From positions 9,327 to 73,326 of the forward strand of contig CAZITL010000006.1 in assembly GCA_964542195.1 (NCBI GenBank): a stretch of DNA of 64,000 bases, given 5' to 3'. Origin of the DNA: an uncultured Verrucomicrobiales bacterium (GTDB lineage Bacteria; Pseudomonadota; Alphaproteobacteria; Paracaedibacterales; Paracaedibacteraceae). Positions 1 through 9,513 of the stretch are shown in pieces (position 1 is the stretch's first letter; the number at the start of each line of letters is the position of its first letter). Below the pieces are notes generated by a model. That model did no database searches. It was not told the DNA's origin and saw only the letters and a list, made by a program, of their open reading frames with translations. Both the position numbers and the translations under genes were made by a program.

Positions 1-246
1 CAAATACGCAGGTTTTAAAATCATGGACTCTGGTTATGAATCCCATCATGGCACTGAAGATGTTTATGCGATAGGGGTCAAATGAAAACTATTTTACTAT
101 CCCTAACCTGATATCAAAGACTATAGTTTTCCTGCAAAATCCTCTTCGATAGATCCTTTTGATTAAAAAGTACAATAGACTTGTTTGCTAAGATAATTTT
201 TTTGTGAGAGCATATATGTATAGTATTTAATTAAAATTGATCTTAA

Positions 247-2082
247 ATGAATTCTTTAGATTTCTTACTTGATAATCCCTTGTTTGAAGCACTGAGGCCC
301 TTTGAACGTGCTTCCTTGCTCACTGATGTGGAAATGATTTCTAAAAAAGCTGGTGAGCAAATATTTTCTGCAAAAACAACTGGATCAATGATCTACTATA
401 TCATTTCTGGGAAAGTCGATCTTGAGACAGACGGAAAACACATTATTTTGGAAAATATGCATTTTGTTGGCTGGGATGCTTTTTATAATAATAAGTATAA
501 CGCGACGTGCATGGCTCATACGGATGTAACCCTTTTGGCTATATCAGCAGAAAAGTTAAAGGAACTGTATGATAAAAATCCTTCTTTTCAGGAATTCTTG
601 TTCAAGTATTTATTGGGCATTAAAGTATCAGAGGATAAAAAAGATAAAAAAAGTAAAGTCAAAGAAACAAGAGGAACGAATAGTGAAATAAATAACCAAA
701 TTATCGGATGGTTCCTGACCCTTATTACCCCTGCTTTAATTTATAGTCTAACTTCTATTCTGCAAGTTAGTGAAGAATCAAGGATCTTTTTAAGCATTGT
801 TTCCACTACGATTGTTATGTGGACATATCGTCTATTTAATGAGTTTATTCCTGGGGTTTTCTTAATATTAGGTGTTCTGGCCTTCAACATTGCTCCCATT
901 CACATAGTGTTAGGAGGTCTTGCTTCTGAAACTTTTGTTCTGATGATGTCTGTCTTTGTATTAAGTATGCTGATTACCAATTCGGGATTAGTGTATCGAC
1001 TCTTCATGTGGTTGTATAACCAGGCTCGTCAAACGGCCAATAATTTTGTTCTCATTATGTTTTTTGCAGGTATGCTTTTAACGCCAATGGTCCCTTCCAT
1101 CCTCAGCAGATGTCAGCTTGTAGCTCCTGTTTTGGTAACCACCATAAAGGATTTGAAGATTCCTTTGAAAGGCACGTTAAGTACCCAACTTGCTACCTCG
1201 GCTTTTTTTGGTGCATCTATTTTTTCCAGTGTCATACTCAATAGTTCACTGATGAACTTTGTGGTGTTAGGTCTTCTGCCAGAGCAGGAACAAAATCTTT
1301 TTCAATGGTGGGGTTGGTTAAGGGCTGCTGCACTTTACGGAGGATTGACAGTTCTTGGCTATGGCATCTTAACAATTATTTTCTTTAGGGGCCGTAAAGA
1401 TTACAAGGTTTCTTCTGATTTGTTTCAAGGACAGTTAAACCTTTTGGGTAAGGTAAGACCAGAAGAATGGGTAGGTATTATTTCGGCTATCTTGCTGACC
1501 ATTGGTCTTCTAACAACAGCTCAGCACAAAATTCATCCGTCCTATTTTTCTTTGATTTTAATGTTTGCTATATTGTGTTTTCAATATGTAAGTAAAGAAG
1601 ACTTCCATCAATATGTAGATTGGCCTTTCTTACTCTTTCTTGCTTCAGCAATTAGCATAGTGTCTATTATTAAATTCTTAGGATTAGACCAATGGATTTC
1701 CTCTGTCTTATCAGGCTTCCTAATTATTGGTTCAGGACCTGTAGCTTTCTTAATAGAAGTTGCATTGGTCACCGTACTCCTTCGCTTAATCTTACCAATA
1801 GCGCCCAGTGTTATTCTTCTCAATATGGCTTTTATACCTTTGGCCTATAATAATAATGTGAGTCCATGGCTTGCGAGTTTTATCATATTGGTCATGTCTG
1901 ATCTTTGGTTTTTCCCATATCAAAACCATTTCTATCTTAAATTTGAAGAAATGAGTCACCATAATGGAAAACTTATTTATGACCAGAAAAAATTTCTTGT
2001 CTTTAACGCTATCTGTAATGTCATGCGTTTCTTTGCATTATACTTGTCTGTTCCTTATTGGCGCAGTTTGGGGTTGATGTAA
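247..2082 (+). CDS. Fusion protein: N-terminal cyclic-nucleotide-binding-like domain plus multi-pass IT-superfamily (SLC13/DASS/ArsB-like) anion permease
   Basis: 611-aa ORF. Residues ~10-125 resemble a cNMP/CAP beta-barrel (FEALRPFERASLL, YYIISGKVDL, ATCMAHTDVTLLAISAEKL). A Lys-rich linker follows, then many hydrophobic helices (e.g. MLITNSGLVY). The stop abuts the next ORF (2082/2084). Confidence 0.6.
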   Translation: MNSLDFLLDNPLFEALRPFERASLLTDVEMISKKAGEQIFSAKTTGSMIYYIISGKVDLETDGKHIILENMHFVGWDAFYNNKYNATCMAHTDVTLLAISAEKLKELYDKNPSFQEFLFKYLLGIKVSEDKKDKKSKVKETRGTNSEINNQIIGWFLTLITPALIYSLTSILQVSEESRIFLSIVSTTIVMWTYRLFNEFIPGVFLILGVLAFNIAPIHIVLGGLASETFVLMMSVFVLSMLITNSGLVYRLFMWLYNQARQTANNFVLIMFFAGMLLTPMVPSILSRCQLVAPVLVTTIKDLKIPLKGTLSTQLATSAFFGASIFSSVILNSSLMNFVVLGLLPEQEQNLFQWWGWLRAAALYGGLTVLGYGILTIIFFRGRKDYKVSSDLFQGQLNLLGKVRPEEWVGIISAILLTIGLLTTAQHKIHPSYFSLILMFAILCFQYVSKEDFHQYVDWPFLLFLASAISIVSIIKFLGLDQWISSVLSGFLIIGSGPVAFLIEVALVTVLLRLILPIAPSVILLNMAFIPLAYNNNVSPWLASFIILVMSDLWFFPYQNHFYLKFEEMSHHNGKLIYDQKKFLVFNAICNVMRFFALYLSVPYWRSLGLM

Positions 2083-2083
2083 C

Positions 2084-3145
2084 ATGACTAATTATTTCGA
2101 TTTTAAAGTTAAATTAACCCACATTCTCTCGATATTATTTGTAATATTGTTTGTCGGTATAACTTTAGTTTTTAATGCAAAACGACCTTTAATTTTTGTA
2201 TTGCAAAGTTACAACATGGATTACTCTTGGACCCGAGATGTAAACAATAGTATAAAAAAAGTGCTCGGAACCCAAAGTTATTTTGCTGTTCGTTGGCACT
2301 TTATGGATACAAAAAATCATCCATCTCCAGAATATATAAGCAAGGCAAGCATTATCGCTCAACGTACCATTGATGAGTATGAGCCAGATGTGTTGATTGC
2401 TATTGATGATGATGCCCAAGCTTATGTTGCTAAACACTATATTAATCATCCTAAAATTAAAATTATATTTGCTGGTGTGAATGCTAAGATGGAGCGATAT
2501 GGCTATGACAAGGCTGAGAATGTGACAGGAATTTTGGAGAGAATACCTCTTGATGGTTTAAAAGATACCCTCCAAATTTTGCATACGATGGATCATAAAA
2601 ACCAATCTATTAAAGTGATGCACATTAGTGATAATTCATCAACAGTTAAAGCAGATGATGAGTATATACATTCATATACTGAGTGGAATCCTGTAAAAGT
2701 TTTTCCATCCATGCTTGTAAGTACTTTTGATGAATGGAAAAAAGCAATTCTTAATCCTCCCGCCGGGGTTAATTATTTTCTGATCTCTAACTATCGAAAA
2801 ATATATGATGAAGATGGTAAGCTTATGCGGCCCCAAGAAATCATGGAGTGGACGCTCAAAAATTCACCCATTCCCATCATTGGTGTGAATGGATTCATTG
2901 TAGAAGATGGGGGCTACATCGCTGTGGCGACATCTCCTTTTGAACAGGGTGAGGTGGCTGCAACTATGGCTCTCAAAATCTTGAGAGATAAAAAGGATAT
3001 TAAAGAAATTCCTGTTGAAAAGACAAAGCAATTTATTATTTACATGCGGGAAAATGAAAAACAAAAGTTTCCATCTATCTATGAAGCTTTTGCCAGAGCT
3101 GCCAATAAATATTGGGATAGGGATCAGAAACAATCTCCTAACTAG
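2084..3145 (+). CDS. Membrane-anchored periplasmic-binding-protein-like protein (ABC_sub_bind / type-1 PBP-like fold)
   Basis: 353-aa ORF starting 1 nt after the upstream stop. N-terminal TM anchor (ILSILFVILFVGITLVF), then an alternating beta/alpha pattern (VLIAIDDDAQ, IIFAGVN, NVTGILERIP). Family assignment is by eye only. Confidence 0.45.
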   Translation: MTNYFDFKVKLTHILSILFVILFVGITLVFNAKRPLIFVLQSYNMDYSWTRDVNNSIKKVLGTQSYFAVRWHFMDTKNHPSPEYISKASIIAQRTIDEYEPDVLIAIDDDAQAYVAKHYINHPKIKIIFAGVNAKMERYGYDKAENVTGILERIPLDGLKDTLQILHTMDHKNQSIKVMHISDNSSTVKADDEYIHSYTEWNPVKVFPSMLVSTFDEWKKAILNPPAGVNYFLISNYRKIYDEDGKLMRPQEIMEWTLKNSPIPIIGVNGFIVEDGGYIAVATSPFEQGEVAATMALKILRDKKDIKEIPVEKTKQFIIYMRENEKQKFPSIYEAFARAANKYWDRDQKQSPN

Positions 3146-3266
3146 TGGTCTGAGTGAAACATATTTTTTATAAATCTGACATCCATAAATACGTTTAGAG
3201 TTTAGGTTAGTAGTTTTACATCTTAGCAGATCCTGCTGGAAAGGAGGCTAATACGACTGTAATCCT

Positions 3267-5039
3267 CTACTCTTTTTTCTTCATATTTATATGTTTCAAT
3301 AGCTCTTTAGCTTTTTCCATCCCTTCATCGACAAAATCCCCTTCAATACGGGGTGCGTTAGGTTTCTTGACATTCTCAATCCCACCATAATCATCTTTGT
3401 TTCCAAGTTCTTTCCTAGCCTGATCTTGATGATGTTTAATAAGATCTATAGAACCTTGAATACTTGACGTAGCTGTTAAAGACATGTCTTTTGAAAAATC
3501 AATGGGTAAATCAGCAATCTCTTTAACCAAGTCAGGAATTTGTTTGACGCCGACAATTGGATTATGGAGGATTTTGTGAGCACGCCTTTTAATCTCAGCT
3601 ATTCTCTTGTTAATATTATGGTCGGCGTTCTCAATAAGGTTAGAAAATTCTTGTTTCACAGCTTCAGCAGCTTGTTCTGCTTTCAAAAAATGAGCGGCCG
3701 CCTTAATGCTCCCATCAAAACCATCCTTTAAAGTATAAGCTCCCAATTTAAGGATATAGCCAACTTCAGATTTACAGAACATCAACTTATTCATCGTCCC
3801 CTTGAGCTGTAATAACAGACTGGTGGCAAAATGACGGATTCTGGGAATGAGATTATTAATCTCCTGCTCAGCTTCCACCACAATTTGACCAACTTTATAG
3901 AGATGTTCTTCTAATTCGGGAATATCCTCTTTAATATCATCAGAAAGACTGTTAAGGGCCTCGTAAGTGGCAGAAACGTCATCTTTTAGTGATATAACAG
4001 CATCAATCAAAGCGGTATAAGAGTAAAGGAGATTAATCAAGTTTATTACATCCCTAGCCCCATTCTTTGCCACATTAGCCACGGTTAAGGCACAAGATGC
4101 ATCAGATGCAAGGGTGCTCACAGCCCCTACGGCAACAGATTTAACCGTCAGTAGTTCCTCAAGACAACCGGCACCAGTTGTACAAGCTGCCACCCCACCT
4201 AGAGCCTCGACAACGCCTTCAATGCCTTCTTCAATATCTGTCACCAAAGTATCCACACACGTTGTCCCTTCTGTGACTAAGATACCAACGTCTTTCACCA
4301 AAATGGTGGTATCAGCTATGACTTGAGGTAGATCTTTGAATTTTTCAATACCGTTTTTAATATGGTCAGCAGTATTTGCTAAAATTTCTTGATTCTCTGG
4401 ATCTAAGGCATGCTCAGCCACTTTAATATTGATCTTCGCCATTGTTCCAGCAAGCTTTAGAAAATCTGGCGTATGCTTTACAAGGGAGAGCGCGATTTTG
4501 GTCCCCGTGGCACCAATGCTAAATAACTCTTTCACATTACTAATTTGTTTCTTAAACCATAATGGAATTTCTTTGGTGAATAATTCCTGACCACATGGGC
4601 CTTCCAAGAGAGCCTTCCCCTGTTTTTCAAGAAATTGAAGATCATGAATGATCAATTTAATTTGGTTTACTAGCTTGGGATCTACAACAGAATTGAGAAC
4701 CTTGTCTTGTTGAGATTTGAGAGTGCTTACGACTGAATGTTTTAATTTTTCAGGGTTTATACTCTCAAGCGCATGTTTAAGCTTTTTCACCTCTTGAATG
4801 ACATGGTTAGGTAGAACCTTCTTAGCTCCATCTTTCACCTTATCGGTTGCATCATCAGTTATGTGTTGAGCTATGTGGGCTGATTTTTTAGCTGTGTGTC
4901 CAATATGATGGGCAACCTTTTCCTCTTGGTCTTCTACTTCCTCAATGAAATGATGAAGATTAAAAGCATGACAGGTACTAAAAGACATTAATAAATAGGC
5001 GGCAACAAGAAAAGGGAGGCGCATAGAATTAAGTTCCAT
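3267..5039 (-). CDS. Exported alpha-helical protein of unknown function
   Basis: 590-aa ORF with hydrophobic leader MRLPFLVAAYLLMSFSTCHA. Long Lys/Glu-rich helical segments flank a Gly/Ala/Cys-rich core (GGVAACTTGAGCLEE). No catalytic motif recognised. Confidence 0.55.
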   Translation of the reverse strand: MELNSMRLPFLVAAYLLMSFSTCHAFNLHHFIEEVEDQEEKVAHHIGHTAKKSAHIAQHITDDATDKVKDGAKKVLPNHVIQEVKKLKHALESINPEKLKHSVVSTLKSQQDKVLNSVVDPKLVNQIKLIIHDLQFLEKQGKALLEGPCGQELFTKEIPLWFKKQISNVKELFSIGATGTKIALSLVKHTPDFLKLAGTMAKINIKVAEHALDPENQEILANTADHIKNGIEKFKDLPQVIADTTILVKDVGILVTEGTTCVDTLVTDIEEGIEGVVEALGGVAACTTGAGCLEELLTVKSVAVGAVSTLASDASCALTVANVAKNGARDVINLINLLYSYTALIDAVISLKDDVSATYEALNSLSDDIKEDIPELEEHLYKVGQIVVEAEQEINNLIPRIRHFATSLLLQLKGTMNKLMFCKSEVGYILKLGAYTLKDGFDGSIKAAAHFLKAEQAAEAVKQEFSNLIENADHNINKRIAEIKRRAHKILHNPIVGVKQIPDLVKEIADLPIDFSKDMSLTATSSIQGSIDLIKHHQDQARKELGNKDDYGGIENVKKPNAPRIEGDFVDEGMEKAKELLKHINMKKKE

Positions 5040-5208
5040 TCCAACTTCACTGCGTCCATATTGCTATAATATATTTAATTAATTCTTAACTGTATCCATA
5101 ACACTTCAAACGCCCTGAAACCTGGTATGTTTTCTGCCTGACCTGCTCCCCATAAACAAGTCCAAAAAATGTTAGAGTCTGATAATTTAAAGAAAAAAGG
5201 ATCAGACG

Positions 5209-5472
5209 ATGAAAAGAAGATTTAGCGAAATCCAGATCATTGGAATCATTAAGGAGTAGGAAAATGGTGTTCCTGTGGCGGAAATATGCCGGCGTCATGG
5301 GATAGCCCCAGCGACATTTTATAAATGGAAATCAAAATATGGTGGACTTGACGTCAGTGAGGTTCAACGCCTGCACAGCCTTGAAGATGAAAATCGACGG
5401 TTGAAAAAGCTGTTAGCGGAAGCAGAGCTGGATAAAGCTATTTTGAAGGATGCGCTGTCAAAAAAGGGGTAA
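5209..5472 (+). pseudogene. IS3 OrfA (HTH DNA-binding protein) interrupted by an in-frame TAG
   Basis: Reads MKRRFSEIQIIGIIKE-TAG(5257-5259)-ENGVPVAEICRRHGIAPATFYKWKSKYGGLDVSE...[30 protein letters not shown], a typical IS3 OrfA sequence with a leucine zipper. The ORF track only reports the part after the stop (5275..5472). Confidence 0.8.
5460..5466 (+). promoter_or_regulatory. Programmed -1 ribosomal frameshift heptamer A AAA AAG (orfA to orfAB)
   Basis: The heptamer lies 4 nt upstream of the orfA stop. The -1 frame is open from here into orfB (reads [17 protein letters not shown]). Confidence 0.6.
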
Positions 5473-5483
5473 AGCTGCCAGAT

Positions 5484-6374
5484 TTGCGTCGGTTGGTCAT
5501 TGAAGCTGTCCAAAGCTTCAATCGATCCCAACGTCGAATTTGTGCAGCTCTGGGAATTTGCCGTAGTTCTGTGCAGTATACCTGTAAACGTCAGGATCAG
5601 TTAATTCGTCACCGTTTAAGAGTCTTATCTCATGAGCGTCACCGATTTGGCTATCGCCGGCTTAATATCCTACTCAAACGCGAAGGCATCGTGATGAATC
5701 TTAAGAAAACATATCGCCTTTATAAAGAAGAAGGCTTAGCCGTCAAGAAACGAATGGGGCCCAAACGTGCCGTAGGAACGAGAGCTCCCCTAGCTAAGGC
5801 CTCTGGAATAAATCAGATATGGAGTCTGGATTTTGTGAGTGATGCTTTGAGCGATGGTCGTCGCTTTCGAATCTTGAGTGTCATCGATCAGTATTCTAGA
5901 GAGTGTCTTGGGTTGATCGTTGATACATCCTTGTCAGGAGCAAGGGTAGCACGTGAGTTGACAAAACTCATGAGCGCACGTGGTACACCAGATGTGATTG
6001 TTTCTGACAATGGGACCGAATTCACCAGCAAAGCCATACTAAAGTGGGCTATGGATCATAAAATAAACTGGCATTACATTACCCCAGGATGTCCGATGGA
6101 AAATGGCTACACTGAAAGTTTCAACGGGTCGTTCAGAGATGAATGTTTGAATGAGTATTGGTTTGAAAGTCTTAACCATGCTCGTGATGTTATCAAGGCT
6201 TGGCAGGATGATTATAACTACATCCGTCCTCATTCGAGCTTGGAATATGAAACACCCGCAGGTCTCGCAGAACAAGCTAGAAAGCAGAAGCAAGCTGTCA
6301 GCTCCTGCCTATTAGAGGACGCGCTTCCAGCTGCTTGCTTTCCTCAAATACAGAATATATTGTTTACACCTTGA
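5484..6374 (+). CDS. IS3-family transposase OrfB (DDE / RNase H-fold catalytic domain)
   Basis: 296 aa with [19 protein letters not shown] and [18 protein letters not shown] (D, D, E spacing typical of IS3). Lies in the -1 frame relative to orfA. Confidence 0.85.
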   Translation: MRRLVIEAVQSFNRSQRRICAALGICRSSVQYTCKRQDQLIRHRLRVLSHERHRFGYRRLNILLKREGIVMNLKKTYRLYKEEGLAVKKRMGPKRAVGTRAPLAKASGINQIWSLDFVSDALSDGRRFRILSVIDQYSRECLGLIVDTSLSGARVARELTKLMSARGTPDVIVSDNGTEFTSKAILKWAMDHKINWHYITPGCPMENGYTESFNGSFRDECLNEYWFESLNHARDVIKAWQDDYNYIRPHSSLEYETPAGLAEQARKQKQAVSSCLLEDALPAACFPQIQNILFTP

Positions 6375-6770
6375 CTCTACTCAGAGTTGGATCAAACTTG
6401 GGGGGCAGGTCAGATCATATAAAGCGTCTTCATATCTTGCTCACACTTGTCTTTCCATTTCAAATTATTGAATAATTAACATTGGTTAATATTTGGTTAA
6501 TAGGGATGAAAAAAAGGACCAACCTTGCTTTGGGTCAGGAGGGGGGATGGATTGAGTGGCGGGCTCGTCGTTCCGTTTACATTGAGGGAATGAACCAACA
6601 CTATAGGTCTTCATTCGTCTGAGGATTAAGGATTAATCCGGAAGGAGAACCGGTTGAAGAGAATCCTCAACACAGAAGGCTCCATCTCAAATCCAACGAA
6701 ATGAGTTCAAGACACTCCTCATGACAGTAGTTGGGACGGGTAAGGAACCCTTGACGGGTTAAGAAGCTCC

Positions 6771-7661
6771 TCATTTACCTTTATCCTTGAGGTATTCGTA
6801 TAGCAAAGTTACTTTTTTGGATGAACGTTTCGATTTGGAGTAAATGTAATACATCGATAATTCAGGGCCTTTTATCTGTGGCAAGACTTCAATTAGACCT
6901 GAATGGGTGACACACCGATAGTCAGGCATTTCTGTAATACCATATCCTTTGTGGGCGGCATTCAACATGCCTTCCAGTGAGGGGACAATAAGAAAAGGTT
7001 TACGGGGGTTGGCTTCCGGCTTCATGCCCACCTTTAAGATCCAATTGGTTGTACTATAGGGGCAATAAAAATTGTTTTTGTACCCAATGAGTTGATGATG
7101 ATCTAAATCCTCGGGTGTTTCAGGCATTCCGTATTGTTGAATGTAGGATTCACTGGCATATAGCTTCATTTGAAGATCAAACAGGGGCTGATGGATTAAA
7201 TGAGGCTGTAACGGAATGTAAGGCGAAATGGCGATATCTGCTTGGTCAGGATTCACATTTTCAGGATGAATGTCTATTTCAAGGTGTAGGTTTGGAAATT
7301 CTTTTAAGAAGTCTTGAATGTTAGGGATCAACCATTGATTACAGGCAAACGGTTGGATGGCAATTTTAAGGCTCCCCTCCGTGCCACGTTCTTGTTCCCA
7401 AAGGATATTTTTTAACGAGGTTATCTCTTGCATAATATGAAGGGTATGGTCATATAACCTTTCCCCGTCAGGAGTGAGTTTCATACCTGTCGGGACTCTT
7501 TCAAACAGTCGGGTTTGGAGAGATTGTTCAAAATATTGAATGGATCGGCTTAAAGTTGTTGAACTGATGTTCAACTTCTCTGCGGCCTTTGTCAGGCTTC
7601 CCTCCTTAGCCACATAATAAAACAGATGTAAACGTGTTAAATTCACCGGTGTTAAATTCAT
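6771..7661 (-). CDS. LysR-family transcriptional regulator
   Basis: N-terminal wHTH LHLFYYVAKEGSLTKAAEKLNISSTTLSRSIQYFEQSLQTRLFER followed by a typical ~200-aa LysR substrate-binding domain. Confidence 0.9.
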   Translation of the reverse strand: MNLTPVNLTRLHLFYYVAKEGSLTKAAEKLNISSTTLSRSIQYFEQSLQTRLFERVPTGMKLTPDGERLYDHTLHIMQEITSLKNILWEQERGTEGSLKIAIQPFACNQWLIPNIQDFLKEFPNLHLEIDIHPENVNPDQADIAISPYIPLQPHLIHQPLFDLQMKLYASESYIQQYGMPETPEDLDHHQLIGYKNNFYCPYSTTNWILKVGMKPEANPRKPFLIVPSLEGMLNAAHKGYGITEMPDYRCVTHSGLIEVLPQIKGPELSMYYIYSKSKRSSKKVTLLYEYLKDKGK

Positions 7662-8182
7662 AAGTTCTTACCTTCTTTGAGCGTTTTGTCCAAAATGATT
7701 TGGGAAAATGTCTTTCAGGAGAGGCGAAGAGCTATGGCTTCTTCTTGGTCCTTCCTCCCTCAAGAGTTCAGAGTGTAGGGCAGCGTTAAATTCAATGTTC
7801 TTAAATGAACCGGGGATAAGAAATAACCCTACTAACCTCAAGTTGTAGTGAAAATATCAAAAGAAAATATAAATATTCAAAAAATAAAAAATCCCTTTTT
7901 AAGAAAATACCTTAAGTATCTTGGTCCTTTACCGGTTGATATCCCATTGTTCTCACTTCTCACTTCTTTCTTAAGGCTTAAGGAGAGGAGCAAGGGCTTC
8001 TCGGGTGGATACTATAATCTCACCTTTGCATATTTGCACAGGGGATCCGCCGTCATTGAAATGGATTCCTGCATCCTTTCGATTTATTTAACAGAATGAA
8101 TAAACCTGATTGAGCCTTAAACGATCAAAATATTCTTTAGGAAAAGGCTCATCTATAAATTGATAAACCATGGAGATCCACA

Positions 8183-9280
8183 ATGTCTTACAAGACAATA
8201 CACAAAACAATGATGTTAACTGTGCTGGGCTTAACGACGAGCCTTGCTTACGGAGGGGAACGGCATTGGAGTCCGCTTGAACCGGTTAGTGTGAAAAGCA
8301 GAATTGCCTTCTTTCAAAACTTGTCCAAAGATCAGGATCACCACGTCAATTCTCCGAGGCTTGAGCGTAACCCTCAGGCTAGCCGAGAGAGTCAGGTAAA
8401 AGCTTCTGAATTGCAAGTGAGCCGTCCCATCCAGGAAAAAGTTGGGGAGGTCAGCGCGCACGGCATAGAAACTGTCCAACCCGCTTGTAAAACGCTTGAG
8501 CCAATCTTACCGGCTCTGGCTCAACCAAACGATCCCAATCTTGGAATGGGAGGTAGCGGGGAGACGCTTAAACTTTCTGAAAAGCTAGATTTAATGCTTA
8601 AGCAGTTTAAAACCTTCTGTGAAGATAAGCATGATTTGGCTCAAAGTTCTGTTCAGACGACTCTTTCACCAGCGCCTTTGAAAGGTGTGTTACCGAAACT
8701 AAAGTTAACTGAACGCGTGAACCATACCATCAGATTAGCTAAGGCTGCTAATCAACTTTTGACCTCAATGCCTGACTCATCTATGAAGGTTGAACGCCAG
8801 AAAGAACCACAGCCTGAACCTGTTGTTTTGGGCAAAGGAAGTGAGGGTAAAATAGAAGAGTATGCTCAGGTAACTAAACCAGCAGGGAACCAAAAATATG
8901 TTGGTCTGCTGACCAATAACTCACAACAAGATCAAAAACAGGATTTGTATGATCAGGTCATGGATACAGAGGGATTCCCTAAGGCCCTTGTGGTAACAGC
9001 CGAAAAATTAATGAAGGACATAGATCTTTTGAAAAAGCAACAACAAAAGAATCTGAAGAACCTGCCATTGTTGGGGGTAACAAATACACAAATAGGCGGT
9101 TTAGAGCGTCGGTTAAAAGATGTATTAAAGCCAGATATTCTTGATTTTCCTCAGCCTGCTCCCTGGAACATTCAATGGACGGATATTCCCTCAAAATTCT
9201 TCAAGGCGCCTCTTGAGCGTGAGAGTAACGAAGATTTGCTTCCCTGGGAAGATGATGGGATCAGTCTCGACTTTGATTGA
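8183..9280 (+). CDS. Exported hypothetical protein (low-complexity, Gln/Lys/Pro-rich)
   Basis: 365-aa ORF with leader MMLTVLGLTTSLAYG. No recognisable domain. Confidence 0.5.
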   Translation: MSYKTIHKTMMLTVLGLTTSLAYGGERHWSPLEPVSVKSRIAFFQNLSKDQDHHVNSPRLERNPQASRESQVKASELQVSRPIQEKVGEVSAHGIETVQPACKTLEPILPALAQPNDPNLGMGGSGETLKLSEKLDLMLKQFKTFCEDKHDLAQSSVQTTLSPAPLKGVLPKLKLTERVNHTIRLAKAANQLLTSMPDSSMKVERQKEPQPEPVVLGKGSEGKIEEYAQVTKPAGNQKYVGLLTNNSQQDQKQDLYDQVMDTEGFPKALVVTAEKLMKDIDLLKKQQQKNLKNLPLLGVTNTQIGGLERRLKDVLKPDILDFPQPAPWNIQWTDIPSKFFKAPLERESNEDLLPWEDDGISLDFD

Positions 9281-9306
9281 TTAAATCCATTCATCCCCAC
9301 CTAGGA

Positions 9307-9371
9307 ATTAGGTTGTACTTTACAACCTAATCAAGCTTCCGGCCCATGCCACCCAAATGAGTCGGAAGCTT
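9307..9371. terminator. Two adjacent hairpins between convergent genes (possible bidirectional terminator)
   Basis: Hairpin 1: ATTAGGTTGTA-CTT-TACAACCTAAT (11-bp stem, 9307-9331). Hairpin 2: AAGCTTCCG-N21-CGGAAGCTT (9333-9371). The T-runs are weak. Confidence 0.3.
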
Positions 9372-9513
9372 GTCTCTGTGTCCCTGATATTACCTTGTCC
9401 CTTATACAGCAATGTCAAATAGGGTATCCGGTCTTCAACTTTCACCACCCCCACGGTTAAAAACCCATGGTGTGTTCAGGGATCAATCATAGATGAAATC
9501 CTGATCTAGGATT

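Larger units (their letters stand above)
5139..6412 (+). mobile_element. IS3-family insertion sequence
   Basis: Imperfect terminal inverted repeats: TGACCTGCTCCCCA starting at 5139 and TGGGGGGCAGGTCA ending at 6412. Contains orfA/orfB in the 0/-1 frame arrangement with an A AAA AAG slippery site. OrfB carries a DDE motif. Confidence 0.85.

Noticed and set aside
1-85. Possible 3' end of an upstream gene (frame 2 reads ...KYAGFKIMDSGYESHHGTEDVYAIGVK-stop at 83-85).
   Set aside because: Two of the three forward frames are open for a similar short distance and no motif is recognisable. A CDS cannot be supported from 85 nt.
1608-4326. Antisense or alternative-frame ORFs within the permease, PBP-like and 590-aa genes (1608, 2189, 2864, 3540, 4114).
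   Set aside because: They are fully nested in longer ORFs with coherent domain structure and are typical shadow ORFs in AT-rich DNA.
5086-5298. 70-aa minus-strand ORF spanning the left end of the IS3 element.
   Set aside because: It crosses the IS terminal repeat and runs antisense to orfA. It has no plausible start context.
7848-8099. 83-aa ORF in the LysR upstream region.
   Set aside because: No RBS, odd composition and no motif. More likely promoter or leader DNA for the flanking genes.
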